NCBI RefSeq assembly: GCF_963921235.1
Contig: NC_086108.1
Location: forward strand, 109,742,001-109,806,000
Direction: 5' to 3'
DNA from: Mobula hypostoma
Lineage: Eukaryota
Length of the DNA: 64,000 nt
Position 1 is the first letter of the stretch, and each line of letters begins with the position of its first letter. Below the pieces are notes generated by a model. It saw only the letters and a program-made list of their open reading frames with translations. It was not told the origin of the DNA and made no database searches. The position numbers and the translations under genes are program-made. This document shows positions 24,955 through 36,835 of this stretch, in pieces.

Positions 24955-26348
24955 GTGAGAACTGAATGTCCCGTGGGGACCAAAAGCGAGTGAGCTGCCC
25001 CAGAATGGACATGACAAGCCACTTCACCAGACCTGCTACCCCTCCCTGGACACCCCAGACAGGTACTCTATAACAACAACATTTAAAACACATTTGGATA
25101 AGTACATAGATGAACAAAGTTTAGAGGGATATGGGCCAAAAAGTGGGAAAATGGGATTAGATTGGTGGGCAGCAAGATCAGCATGGATGGATGGACTGAA
25201 TGGCCTGCTTCTGTGCTGTGTGACCCTATCAAATCCAACAGCATATCACTGAGTGACAGGCCAGAAACACGATATGCTGGATCAGTCATGGACCACTATT
25301 GTATGCAAAAATCTTGCAACAATTGATTGACCCAGGAATAGATCATGCATTCAGTCAGTTACTGTGAAAGAATGCCCTTCACAAATTTGAACTGGGAACT
25401 TGTCTGCATGACCTACGATAACATGCCTGACCTTTCTCCATTGTCAGGCATGATGGCATTATTTTCACCAGGCTGATTTTTGCTCTTCTTGACGTAGATT
25501 GAAGCTGAAAGGTGCAGCTTGTGACCCTAACGGAACTGTCTCAGAAGAACCATGAACAGTTTGTGTTAATTTGTAACTTTTATCACTATTCAAAGACAGA
25601 CTTAAAGATAGATTGGCTTTATTTGTCACATGTATATTGAAACATATTTTGTCAAATCAAGTCAGCAAGGATTGTGCTAAGATTTACTATGCTCTAGGCA
25701 CCAACACAGCATGCCCACAACCTACTGACCCTTAATAACCTCAACGTCATTGGGAGGAAACGGGAGCACCCTGAGGAACCCCATACGGTCAGAACATACA
25801 ATTTCCTTGCCGACAGTGGCAGGGGTCATACCCTGATCTCAGAGCTCGGGCTGTAAAATGTGCCAACTGCTACGCCACTGTGCCAATTTATGGACCTTCT
25901 GCCAACATGAATGGGCCAATGGTTCAATTTAATATCAGAGAACGTATACAGTATAAAACCTGATATTCTTACTCTTCACAGACATCCATGAAACAGAAAA
26001 AAAGACAAAGAATGAATGACAGAAATGTCAGAACTCCAAAGCCCCCCCATACACAACAGCCAAAGCATCAAATCTCCTCCTTTCTCCTCCCTCACTTGCT
26101 CCAGTAAAAGTAGCAACCCCCCCCCACCTCCCACCTCCCAGCATGCAAGCAATAGCAAAGCCCCCAAAGAGACCTTGACCTAGAGTCCAACAGAAAACTA
26201 CAGTCCATCCCAGTACTTCGGTATGGCAGACAGGCTCTCTCTCCCTAGCAAGGGAGAGAGAGGCTGTTCCTGCAACAAACAAGAGAGAGAAATCCACATA
26301 AGATGCTGGAGGAACTCAGCAGGCCAGGTAGCATCTAGGAAAAGAAAG

Positions 26349-26740
26349 CCATGCTCTCTTCTCACTGCAGCTATCAGGAAAGAAGTACAAGAGCCTCAGG
26401 TCCCAAATCATCAGGTTCAGGAGTAGTTATTACCCCTCAACCATCAGGCTCCTGAACCAGCGTGAATAACTTCGCTCACCCCAACACTGAATTGACTCCA
26501 CAACCTACAGACTTGCTTTCAGGAATTCAGCAACTCAAATGCTCAGTATTAATTATTTACTTGCACAGTTTGTCTTTTTGCACAACTTGTCTTTTGTAAA
26601 TTGGCTCTTTGTCTGTCTTTGTGTTTGTGTAGTTTTTCATTGTGGATCTTTGTTCTGCTGAGAATATCTGCAAGAAAATGAATCTCAGGGTTGTATATGC
26701 TGACATATATGTACTTCGATAATAAATTTACTTTGAACTT
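26349..26740 (+). mobile_element. Rex1-type 3' end
   Basis: Homologous to 2510-2910. Confidence 0.75.
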
Positions 26741-27179
26741 TAAATTTTGATATCACAGTGTGTTTTTTTCTTAATTTTTTACCTGAATCACAGCAACAGG
26801 CGTCATTTTATCATCTCATAATGATCATATCTCAATTATCAGGTCATATAAGTGAAATATCCAAGTCTAATTCTGATTCTGAACACCTTCAGAACTCTTC
26901 ATAGACTGCTCGGGCATCTTCCGAAGTCCACAGTGTGACCTACAACTAATACAGCAAATTTTCCCCATCAGGTCAAGTTTATTGTCATGGCTAGCATCAC
27001 TTTACGTACATACAGTCAGTCTAGTGTTTCTAAGCTAATATTGTGCATTTATATATATATATCGTTTTATTGTGTTATTTTGATTATTATGTTTTTTCAT
27101 GCTGCATCAGATCAGAATCAGGTTTTATATCACTGGCATATATAGTGAAACTTGTTGTTATGTCGTAATACATAATAAA

Positions 27180-27234
<55 letters not shown>

Positions 27235-27240
27235 TATATA
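27180..27240. repeat. (TG)n(TA)n microsatellite
   Basis: Directly visible. Confidence 0.95.
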
Positions 27241-27689
27241 AATATAAAGCATTAAATAAGTAGTCCAACAAGAGAGCCAGGAATAGTGAAAGAGTGCTCA
27301 TGGGTTTATTGCCCATTCAGAAATCTGATGGTGAAGCTCTTCCTGAATTGTTGAGAGGTGTCTTCAGGCTCCTGTACCTCCGCACTGATGGGAGCAATGT
27401 GAAGAGGGCATGTCCTGGGTGATGGGGGTCTTTAGTGATGGACGCCGCCTTTCTGGGTATCCGTACGTATTTGGAGTAACACTCATTCTCTTCCACTTAC
27501 ACTCCTGTACTGAACAGCGGCAATAAACTATTTTGAATCTTGAATGTACACAGTGAAGAATGATCAACAATAGCATGAGCCAGAGGAAGGCCCAGGGACT
27601 GAGAACCTCGAGCTGGAGCCTGAAGAACAGGAGACCCGGAGAAACAAGGAGAAGAAAGTTCCAAGGAATGTGCTGACTTGACATCCGGG

Positions 27690-28295
27690 TGTACAGTAAC
27701 AAATGCCTGGGTGTCAGCATCTCTGAAGATCTACCCTGGGCCCACCATATTGATGCAGTTACAAAGAAGGCTCAACAATGGCTGCATCTCATTAGGAGTT
27801 CACGGAGATTTGGTATGTCACCAAAGAGACTCGCAAGTTTCTACAGACGTACTGAGGAGAGTTTTCTAAATGATTGCATCACTGGAGAGGCCATAGGATC
27901 GGAAAAAAATTTGCAGAGAGTTGCAAACTCAGCCAGCACCATCGTGGGCACTAGACTCCCCAGCGTCCAGGACAACTTCAAAGGGTGATGCTTGAGAAAG
28001 GTGCCATCCATCATTAAAGACCCCCACCACCACATGCCCTGTTCTCACTGTTACCATCAGGGAAGAGGTACAGGAGCCTGAAGACGCACACTTAATATTT
28101 TAGGTAAAGCTTCTTCCCCTCCACCATCAGATTTGTGAATGGACAAAGAATCAGTGTTTTTTTTGCTCCTTTTGCACTATATACTTAATTATATGTTATT
28201 GTTTCTTTTAGTAAATATGTCTTTTTTGTATTGCACTGTACTGTTGCTATAAAATAACATTTTCATGACATCAGTGGTAATAAATCTGATTCTGA
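27690..28295 (+). mobile_element. Rex1/Babar 3' fragment
   Basis: CLGVSISEDLPWAHHIDAVTKKAQQWL...FYR. Confidence 0.85.
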
Positions 28296-28321
28296 TCCAC
28301 AATCCACGGCCTCTCTCACAG

Positions 28322-28470
28322 CTGAGGCAGAGTGTGACTGCACCACATACACAGGGCCAGTTAATCAGAGACTCCCTGCAACATGGAAACCCCCAGCGCA
28401 AGGCCAAGCGACCCCCCCAGTGAACGCAGAGGACCAATCATCTGCCGGGAGGGCCCAGGTGAAGCGTTAA
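28322..28470 (+). CDS. Candidate exon of unidentified host gene (phase 1; ends at donor 28458 or stop 28468-28470)
   Basis: cctctctcacag/ acceptor; open frame EAECDCTTYTGPVNQRLPATWKPPAQGQATPPVNAEDQSSAGRAQ(VKR*). Confidence 0.45.
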
Positions 28471-28719
28471 CCTCTCGCCTCCAGCTGGGCAGGCTCACCT
28501 GCACTGATAATAATGCATCCCTCCTGCAATGAATGAATGAATCCCTGTCGCAATTAATCTAATGGCTTGCTGCTAAACCTCACTGAGGGACAGCTCGCTT
28601 GAAGGATTCACAGTGCTGCAAGAAAGTGAGTTGTTCTATTTTACAGATGCAGCACGTGACACAAAAAGGCTTATGATTCCATGTTGCCTTATTGTCAGGG
28701 ATCATGGAGTGTTGTATTT

Positions 28720-29368
28720 AGTCATAGTCATAGTCATACTTTATTGATACCGGGGGAAATTAGTTTTCATTACAGTTGCACCATAAATAATAAATAGCAA
28801 TAAAATCATAAATAGTTAAATAGTAATATGTAAATTATGCCAGTAAATTATGAAATAAATCCAGGACCAGCCAATTGGTTGAGGATGTCTGACCCTCCAA
28901 GGGAGGAGTTGTAAAGTTTGGTGGCCACAGGCAGGAATGACTTCCTATGACGCTCTGTGCTGCATCTCAGTGGAATGAGTCTCTGGCTGAATGTACTCCT
29001 GTGCCCAACCAGTACATTATGTAGTGGATGGGAGACATTGTCCAAGATGGCATGCAACTTGGACAGCATCCTCTTTTCAGACACCACCGTCAGAGAGTCC
29101 AGTTCCATCTCCACAACATCACTGGCCTTACGAATGAGTTTGTTGATTCTGTTGGTGTCTGCTAGCCTCAGCCTGCTGCCCCAGCACACAACAGCAAACA
29201 TGATAGCACTGGCCACCACAGACTCGTAGAACATCCTCAGCATGGTCTGGCAGATGTTAAAGGACCTCAGTCTCCTCAGGAAATAGAGACAGCTCTGACC
29301 CTTCTTGTAGACAGCCTCGGTGTTCTTTGACCAGTCCAGTTTATTGTCAATTCGTATCCCCAGGTATT
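28720..29368 (-). mobile_element. Young Rex1/Babar 3' fragment
   Basis: Open YKYLGIRIDNKLDW...FLRRLRSF...SFLP; (TGACTA)n tail after AATAAA. Confidence 0.88.
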
Positions 29369-29369
29369 T

Positions 29370-29600
29370 ATATTGAGATACAGCATGGAATAGGCCCTGC
29401 TGGCCCTTCAAGCCATGTTGCCCAGCAACCCTAGCCTAAACACAAGACAATTTACAATGGAATGTGGTAGGAAACCAGGGCACCTGGAGGAAACCCACAC
29501 AGTCACAGGGAGAACGTACAAATTCCTTACAGACAGTAGTGAGATTTGAACCCAGGTCGCTGGTACTGTAAAGCATTGTGCTAACCACTACGCTTCCATT
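29370..29600 (-). mobile_element. V-SINE (HE1-like)
   Basis: Reverse-complement V-domain and tRNA head. Confidence 0.7.
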
Positions 29601-30269
29601 ACAGGGAGAAGGCAGGAGAATGGGTTTGAGAGTGATGATGAACCAGCCATGATGGAATAGTGGAGCAGAGTCGACTAGCCAAATGGCCTACCTCTGCTCC
29701 TATGTCCTATGGTCTTTTAGGTACAACACATGAGCCGCAAGCCCAGAGTTCGAGGCCTAGTGTTCAGGGCTCCCATTGGTCATCACAGGCAAGTCCTAAG
29801 TTTGATACGCAAGATCGAAGCCCAAACCCCACTCATGGATCAGAAGTCCAGAAGTCAATGCCCATTGACCAGAGCCCCGAGTCCACCAGGGAGGTCAAAC
29901 AAAGCCCAATGTCTGCAAATCCAGATGTCCACTGGGGGTTGGAGACTGGAAGCCAGAGGCCTGTCCTGGGCCTGAGGAGTGTGTGTGTGAGTGTGGAAAA
30001 GGTTTGATTTGCTGTTGTTCATTTGTTGCTTGTTGTGTTCTGTGTTGTTCTGCCAAGCATTGTGGGTATGTTATGTCACTGCTGAAACATCCAGTGACAT
30101 TCGTGGGCTGCCCCCAGCACATCTTACGTTGTTCTGGTTGTTGATGCAGGTGAGACATTTCACCGCACGTTTTGGTGTAAACATGATAAATAATCTGAAT
30201 CTGAATCTCCTGCAACAGTCAGCCTCCCACTCACATCTCAACGACCAGGTCTCATAGGACTTCAGACCC

Positions 30270-30555
30270 TTGGGTTGGAGGAGCAACACCTCATATCCCG
30301 TCTGGGTACCCACCAACCAGATAGCATGAACATTAATTTCTCTAACTTCTGATAACATCTCCCTCACTCTTCTCTCCTATTTTTGCCTCCCCTCTTACCC
30401 CTTTTCTTTTCCTCACCTGCCCATCACCATCCTCTGGTGCCTCTCCTCCTTCCCTTTCTCCCATGGTCCACTCTCTTCTCATAGAACATAGAACATAGAA
30501 TAGTACAGCACAGTACCTATCGGATTCCTTCTTCTTCAGCCTTTTACCTTTTCAA
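30270..30555 (+). mobile_element. Old Penelope 3' fragment
   Basis: ggttggaggagcaacacctcatatcccgtctggg and a pyrimidine-rich UTR. Confidence 0.75.
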
Positions 30556-30864
30556 GGTGGGAGGATAAGAAAGAGAAGTGCAAATGGGAACGGTAAGAGG
30601 GGAAGGGGTAAGTGACTAAAGTGGTGAGGATGTTTCCTATGGTGGGAAAGTGTAGGAACAGAAGACAATGCTTCAGAGTAGCAGGACATCCCATATGAAC
30701 AGAGATGAGGAGCAATTTCTTAAGCCAGAGGGTGGTGAATCTGTGGAATTCATTGCCACAGACTGTTGTGGAGGCTAAGTCATTGAATATATTTAAAGTG
30801 GAGCAACACACATCAAAGTTGCTGGTGAACACAGCAGGCCAAGCAGCATCTATAGGAAGAGGCG

Positions 30865-30902
30865 CAGTCGACGTTTCAGGCCGAGACCCTTCGTCAGGAC
30901 TA
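30865..30902 (-). ncRNA. Minimal type I hammerhead ribozyme
   Basis: Reverse complement reads tagtc-CTGACGA-agggtctcggcct-GAAAC-GTC-gactg. Confidence 0.8.
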
Positions 30903-31191
30903 ACTGAAGGAAGAGTGAGTAAGGGATTTGAAAGCTGGAGGGGGAGGGGGAGATGCAAAATGATAGGAGAAGACAGGAGGGGGAGGGATAGAGCCGAGAG
31001 CTGGACAGGTGATAGGCAAAAGGGGATACGAGAGGATCATGGGACAGGAGGTCTGGGAAGAAAGACGGGGGGGGGTGACCCAGAGGATGGGCAAGAGGTA
31101 TATTCAGAGGGACAGAGGGAGAAAAAGGAGTGAGAGAAAGAATGTGTGCATAAAAATGAGTAACAGATGGGGTACGAGGGGGAGGTGGGGC

Positions 31192-33639
31192 CTAGCGGAA
31201 GTTAGAGAAGTCAATGTTCATGCCATCAGGTTGGAGGCTACCCAGACGGAATATAAGGTGTTGTTCCTCCAACCTGAGTGTGGCTTCATCTTTACAGTAG
31301 AGGAGGCCGTGGATAGACATGTCAGAATGGGAATGGGATGTGGAATTAAAATGTGTGGCCACTGGGAGATCCTGCTTTCTCTGGCGGACAGAGCGTAGAT
31401 GTTCAGCAAAGCGGTCTCCCAGTCTGCGTCGGGTCTCACCAATATATAAAAGGCCACATCGGGAGCACCGGACGCAGTATATCACCCCAGTCGACTCACA
31501 GGTGAAGTGATGCCTCACCTGGAAGGACTGTTTGGGGCCCTGAATGGTGGTAAGGGAGGAAGTGTAAGGGCATGTGTAGCACTTGTTCCGCTTACACGGA
31601 TAAGTGCCAGGAGGGAGATCAGTGGGGAGGGATGGGGGGGACGAATGGACAAGGGAGTTGTGTAGGGAGCGATCCCTGCGGAATGCAGAGAGAGGGGGGG
31701 AGGGAAAGATGTGCTTAGTGGTGGGATCCCGTTGGAGGTGGCGGAAGTTACGGAGAATAATATGTTGGACCCGGAGGCTGGTGGGGTGGTAGGTGAGGAC
31801 CAGGGGAACCCTATTCCTAGTGGGGTGGTGGGAGGATGGAGTGAGAGCAGATGTACGTGAAATGGGGGAGATGCGTTTAAGAGCAGAGTTGATAGTGGAG
31901 GAAGGGAAGCCCCTTTCTTTAAAAAATGAAGACATCTCCCTCGTCCTAGAATGAAAAGCCTCATCTTGAGAGCAGATGTGGCGGAGACGGAGGAATTGCG
32001 AGAAGGGGATGGCGTTTTTGCAAGAGACAGGGTGAGAAGAGGAATAGTCCAGATAGCTGTGAGAGTCAGTAGGCTTATAGTAGACATCAGTGGATAAGCT
32101 GTCTCCAGAGACAGAAAGATCTAGAAAGGGGAGGGAGGTGTCGGAAATGGACCAGGTAAACTTGAGGGCAGGGTGAAAGTTGGAGGCAAAGTTAATAAAG
32201 TCAACGAGTTCTGCATGCGTGCAGGAAGCAGCGCCAATGCAGTCGTCGATGTAGCGAAGGAAAAGTGGGGGACAGATACCAGAATAGGCACGGAACATAG
32301 ATTGTTCCACAAAGCCAACAAAAAGGCAGGCATAGCTAGGACCCATACGGGTGCCCATAGCTACACCTTTAGTTTGGAGGAAATGGGAGGAGCCAAAGGA
32401 GAAATTATTAAGAGTAAGTACTAATTCCGCTAGACGGAGCAGAGTGGTGGTAGAGGGGAACTGATTAGGTCTGGAATCCAAAAAGAAGCGTAGAGCTTTG
32501 AGACCTTCCTGATGGGGGATGGAAGTATATAAGGACTGGACATCCATGGTGAAAATAAAGCGGTGGGGGCCAGGGAACTTAAAATCATCGAAAAGTTTAA
32601 GAGCGTGAGAAGTGTCACGAACATAGGTAGGAAGGGATTGAACAAGGGAGGATAAAACCGTGTCGAGGTATGCAGAAACGAGTTCGGTGGGGCAGGAGCA
32701 AGCTGAGACAATAGGTCGGCCAGGACAGGCAGGTTTGTGGATCTTGCGTAGGAGGTAGAAACGGGAAGTGCGGGGTGTGGGAACTATAAGGTTGGTAGCA
32801 GTGGATGGGAGATCCCCTGAGCGGATAAAGTCGTTGATAGTGTGGGAGACAATGGCCTGGTGCTCCTTAGTGGGGTCACGATCGAGGGGTAAATAAGAGG
32901 AGGTATCCACGAGTTGTCGCTGTGCCTCGGCAAGGTAGAGGTCAGTACGCCAGACTGCAACAGCACCCCCTTTATCAGCGGGTTTAATAATAAGGTTAGG
33001 ATTAGTGCGGAGGAAGTGGAGAGCAGAGCGTTCCGAAGGAGTGAGGTTGGAATGAGGACAAGGTGCGGTGAAGTCGAGACGGTTGATGTCCCGTCGGCAG
33101 TTGGCAATAAAGAGATCCAGAGCAGGCAGAAGACCAGAGCGGGGTGTCCATGAAGAAGAGGAGGGTTGAAGACGGGAGAAGGGGTCATCGGTGGGGGTGG
33201 AAGAGTCCTTGCCGAAGAAGTAGGCTCGGAGACGGAGACGGCGGAAGAAAAGTTCCGCATCGTGGCGAACGCGGAACTCGCTGAGGTGTGGGCGAAGGGG
33301 GACAAAGGTGAGGCCCTTACTGAGGACAGAGCGATCTGCCTCCGACAGTTGAAGGTCGGAGGGGATGGTAAAGACCCGGCACGGATGAGAGCTGGGATCA
33401 GAGGGGGGAGGGGGGAGGCTGGGGGTGTCAGTGGAGGGGGGAGGGTTGGGGTGAGAGGAAGATGGAGCCTCTGAGGGCCCAGGAGCTGACGGTGGGATCT
33501 GAGGAAAACGGGGCTGCGGAGTGGTGGTGGGGGAAGGGGAGACGGGAGTCACAACAGCAACACATAAAGACCCGGCCGGGAGTTCAAGGCTGGAGTCGCA
33601 GTTGGTGGTAACCCGGACTCCAGCAACGACCATGGACAC
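31192..33639 (-). CDS. Penelope RT plus GIY-YIG endonuclease, left arm (5'-truncated)
   Basis: KPADKG, MDVQSLYT, GVAMGT, YIDD, CKRNKCYTC, VIYCVRC...YIGET; the first ~10 residues derive from the junction. Confidence 0.9.
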   Translation of the reverse strand: MSMVVAGVRVTTNCDSSLELPAGSLCVAVVTPVSPSPTTTPQPRFPQIPPSAPGPSEAPSSSHPNPPPSTDTPSLPPPPSDPSSHPCRVFTIPSDLQLSEADRSVLSKGLTFVPLRPHLSEFRVRHDAELFFRRLRLRAYFFGKDSSTPTDDPFSRLQPSSSSWTPRSGLLPALDLFIANCRRDINRLDFTAPCPHSNLTPSERSALHFLRTNPNLIIKPADKGGAVAVWRTDLYLAEAQRQLVDTSSYLPLDRDPTKEHQAIVSHTINDFIRSGDLPSTATNLIVPTPRTSRFYLLRKIHKPACPGRPIVSACSCPTELVSAYLDTVLSSLVQSLPTYVRDTSHALKLFDDFKFPGPHRFIFTMDVQSLYTSIPHQEGLKALRFFLDSRPNQFPSTTTLLRLAELVLTLNNFSFGSSHFLQTKGVAMGTRMGPSYACLFVGFVEQSMFRAYSGICPPLFLRYIDDCIGAASCTHAELVDFINFASNFHPALKFTWSISDTSLPFLDLSVSGDSLSTDVYYKPTDSHSYLDYSSSHPVSCKNAIPFSQFLRLRHICSQDEAFHSRTREMSSFFKERGFPSSTINSALKRISPISRTSALTPSSHHPTRNRVPLVLTYHPTSLRVQHIILRNFRHLQRDPTTKHIFPSPPLSAFRRDRSLHNSLVHSSPPSLPTDLPPGTYPCKRNKCYTCPYTSSLTTIQGPKQSFQVRHHFTCESTGVIYCVRCSRCGLLYIGETRRRLGDRFAEHLRSVRQRKQDLPVATHFNSTSHSHSDMSIHGLLYCKDEATLRLEEQHLIFRLGSLQPDGMNIDFSNFR

Positions 33640-33640
33640 T

Positions 33641-36502
33641 TTCGAAGTGATTACGTATTTGGACCTTCTGAGGATCCCAGGTACTCACATTTTATTGACT
33701 CTGCCTCTCGCCGCTTCTCCCGTCAAGCTCTGAAGGCGACTCTCTCCACCATGAGGAGGTACTTGGTGTCCCTATCCCAGATCCTTCCACACCTTCGGGA
33801 CACTTTCTTCGCCGTCTGTAATGGTCCTACCCGTTATTTCATCCTCCGTCAGATTCACGCCTGCAATCGCCGTTTTTTTGACTTTGTCATGTTAGGCAAA
33901 GATCGCAAGATCCTACATCTACGGACTCCAGAGCCTGCCGGCCCCGACGCTAGCAGGCATGAACTTTCGGTTGCGGCACCTGCCATTGATCTCGCCGGCT
34001 CCAACACCTCAGGACATATTCAAAACCCGGACTCCAGCAACGACCATGGAGACATTCACAGTGATTGCACAACCACCGACTGCGACTCTAGCCCTTGAAC
34101 TCCAGGCCGGGTCTTTATGTGCTGCTGTTGTGACTCCCGTCTCCCCTTCCCCCGCCACCACTCCGCAGCCCCGTCTTCCTCAGATCCCACCGTCAGCTCC
34201 TGGGCCCTCAGAGGCTCCATCTTCCTCTCACCCCAACCCTCCCCTCTCCACTGACACCCCCAGCCTCCCCCCTCCCCCCTCTGATCCCAGCTCTCATCCG
34301 TGCCGGGTCTTTACCATCCCCTCCGACCTTCAGCTGTCGGAGGCAGATCGCTCTGTCCTCAGTAAGGGCCTCACCTTTGTCCCCCTTCGCCCACACCTCA
34401 GCGAGTTCCGCGTTCGCCACGATGCGGAACTTTTCTTCCGCCGTCTCCGTCTCCGAGCCTACTTCTTCGGCAAGGACTCTTCCACCCCCACCGATGACCC
34501 CTTCTCCCGTCTTCATCCCTCCTCTTCTTCATGGACACCCCGCTCTGGTCTTCTGCCTGCTCTGGATCTCTTTATTGCTAACTGCCGACGGGACATCAAC
34601 CGTCTCGACTTCACCGCACCTTGTCCCCATTCCAACCTCACTCCTTCGGAACGCTCTGCTCTCCACTTCCTCCGCACTAATCCTAACCTTATTATTAAAC
34701 CCGCCGATAAGGGGGGTGCTGTTGCAGTCTGGCGTACTGACCTCTACCTTGCCGAGGCACAGCGACAACTCGCGGATACCTCCTCTTATTTACCCCTCGA
34801 TCATGACCCCACCAAGGAGCACCAGGCCATTGTCTCCCACACTATCAACGACTTTATCCGCTCAGGGGATCTCCCATCCACTGCTACCAACCTTATAGTT
34901 CCCACACCCCGCACTTCCCGTTTCTACCTCCTACCCAAGATCCACAAACCTGCCTGTCCTGGCCGACCTATTGTCTCAGCTTGCTCCTGCCCCACCGAAC
35001 TCGTTTCTGCATACTTGGACACTGTTTTATCACCCCGTGTTCAATCCCTTCCGACCTATGTTCGTGACACTTCTCACGCTCTTAAACTTTTCGATGATTT
35101 TAAGTTCCCTTGTCCCCACCGCTTTATTTTCACCATGGATGTCCAGTCCTTATATACTTCCATCCCCCATCAGGAAGGTCTCAAAGCTCTACCCTTCTTT
35201 TTGGATTCCAGACCTAATCAGTTCCCCTCTACCACCACTCTGCTCTGTCTAGCGGAATTAGTCCTTACTCTTAATAATTTCTCCTTTTGCTCCTCCCATT
35301 TCCTCCAAACTAAAGGTGTAGCTATGGGCACCCGTATGGGTCCTAGCTATGCCTGCCTTTTTGTTGGGTTTGTGGAACAATCTATGTTCCGTGCCTATTC
35401 TGGTATCTGTCCCCCACTTTTCCTTCGCTACATCGACGACTGCATTGGCGCTGCTTCCTGCACGCATGCAGAACTCGTTGACTTTATTAACTTTGCCTCC
35501 AACTTTCACCCTGCCCTCAAGTTTACCTGGTCCATTTCCGACACCTCCCTCCCCTTTCTAGATCTTTCTGTCTCTGTCTCTGTCTCTGGAGACAGCTTAT
35601 CCACTGATGTCTACTATAAGCCTACTGACTCTCACAGCTATCTGGACTATTCCTCTTCTCACCCTGTCTCTTGCAAAAACGCCATCCCCTTCTCGCAATT
35701 CCTCCGTCTCCGCCGCATCTGCTCTCAAGATGAGGCTTTTCATTCTAGGACGAGGGAGATGTCTTCATTTTTTAAAGAAAGGGGCTTCCCTTCCTCCACT
35801 ATCAACTCTGCTCTTAAACGCATCTCCCCCATTTCACGTACATCTGCTCTCACTCCATCCTCCCACCACCCCACTAGGAATAGGGTTCCCCTGGTCCTCA
35901 CCTACCACCCCACCAGCCTCCGGGTCCAACATATTATTCTCCGTAACTTCCGCCACCTCCAACGGGATCCCACCACTAAGCACATCTTTCCCTCCCCCAC
36001 TCTCTCTGGATTCCGCAGGGATCGCTCCCTACACAACTCCCTTGTCCATTCGTCCCCCCCATCCCTCCCCACTGATCTCCCTCCTGGCACTTATCCGTGT
36101 AAGCGGAACAAGTGCTACACATGCCCTTACACTTCCTCCCTTACCACCATGCAGGGCCCCAAACAGTCCCTCCAGGTGAGGCATCACTTCACCTGTGAGT
36201 CGACTGGAGTGATATACTGCGTCCGGTGCTCCCGATGTGGCCGTCTATATATTGGTGAGACCCGACGCAGACTGGGAGACCGCTTTGCTGAACATCTACG
36301 CTCTGTCCGCCAGAGAAAGCAGGATCTCCCAGTGGCCACACATTTTAATTCCACATCCCATTCCCATTCTGACATGTCTATCCACGGCCTCCTCTACTGT
36401 AAAGATGAAGCCACACTCAGGTTGGAGGAACAACATCTTATATTCCGTCTGGGTAGCCTCCAACCTGATGGCATGAACATTGACTTCTCTAACTTCAGCT
36501 AG
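33641..36502 (+). CDS. Penelope RT plus GIY-YIG endonuclease, right arm (one frameshift near 34093)
   Basis: ORF 33751-34098 (...TTTDCDSSP) joins ORF 33959-36502 if the extra C in agcccttgaac is removed; the left arm reads agccttgaac (CDSSLEL). Confidence 0.88.
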
Positions 36503-36797
36503 GCCCCACCTCCCCCTCGTACCCCAGCTGTTACTCATTTTTATGCACACATTCTTTCTCTCACTCTCCTTTTTCTCCCTCTGTCCCTCTGAATATACCT
36601 CTTGCCCATCCTCTGGGTCATCCCCCCCCCCCCGTCTTTCTTCCCAGACCTCCTGTCCCATGATCCTCTCGTATCCCCTTTTGCCTATCACCTGTCCAGC
36701 TCTCGGCTCTATCCCTCCCCCTCCTGTCTTCTCCTAGCATTTTGCATCTCCCCCTCCCCCTCCAGCTTTCAAATCCCTTACTCACTCTTCCTTCAGT

Positions 36798-36835
36798 TAG
36801 TCCTGACGAAGGGTCTCGGCCTGAAACGTCGACTG
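36798..36835 (+). ncRNA. Minimal type I hammerhead ribozyme
   Basis: Stem I tagtc/gactg, core CTGACGA, stem II, GAAA, loopless palindromic stem III (ACGT), GUC cleavage triplet. Confidence 0.8.

Noticed and set aside
27550..27680. Purine-rich stretch as an exon of the + strand gene
   Set aside because: The required phase hits a stop immediately after the nearest AG; may be an old transposon remnant
31218..36691. Many short ORFs overlapping the Penelope arms
   Set aside because: Alternative-frame and antisense shadows, duplicated because of the inverted repeat
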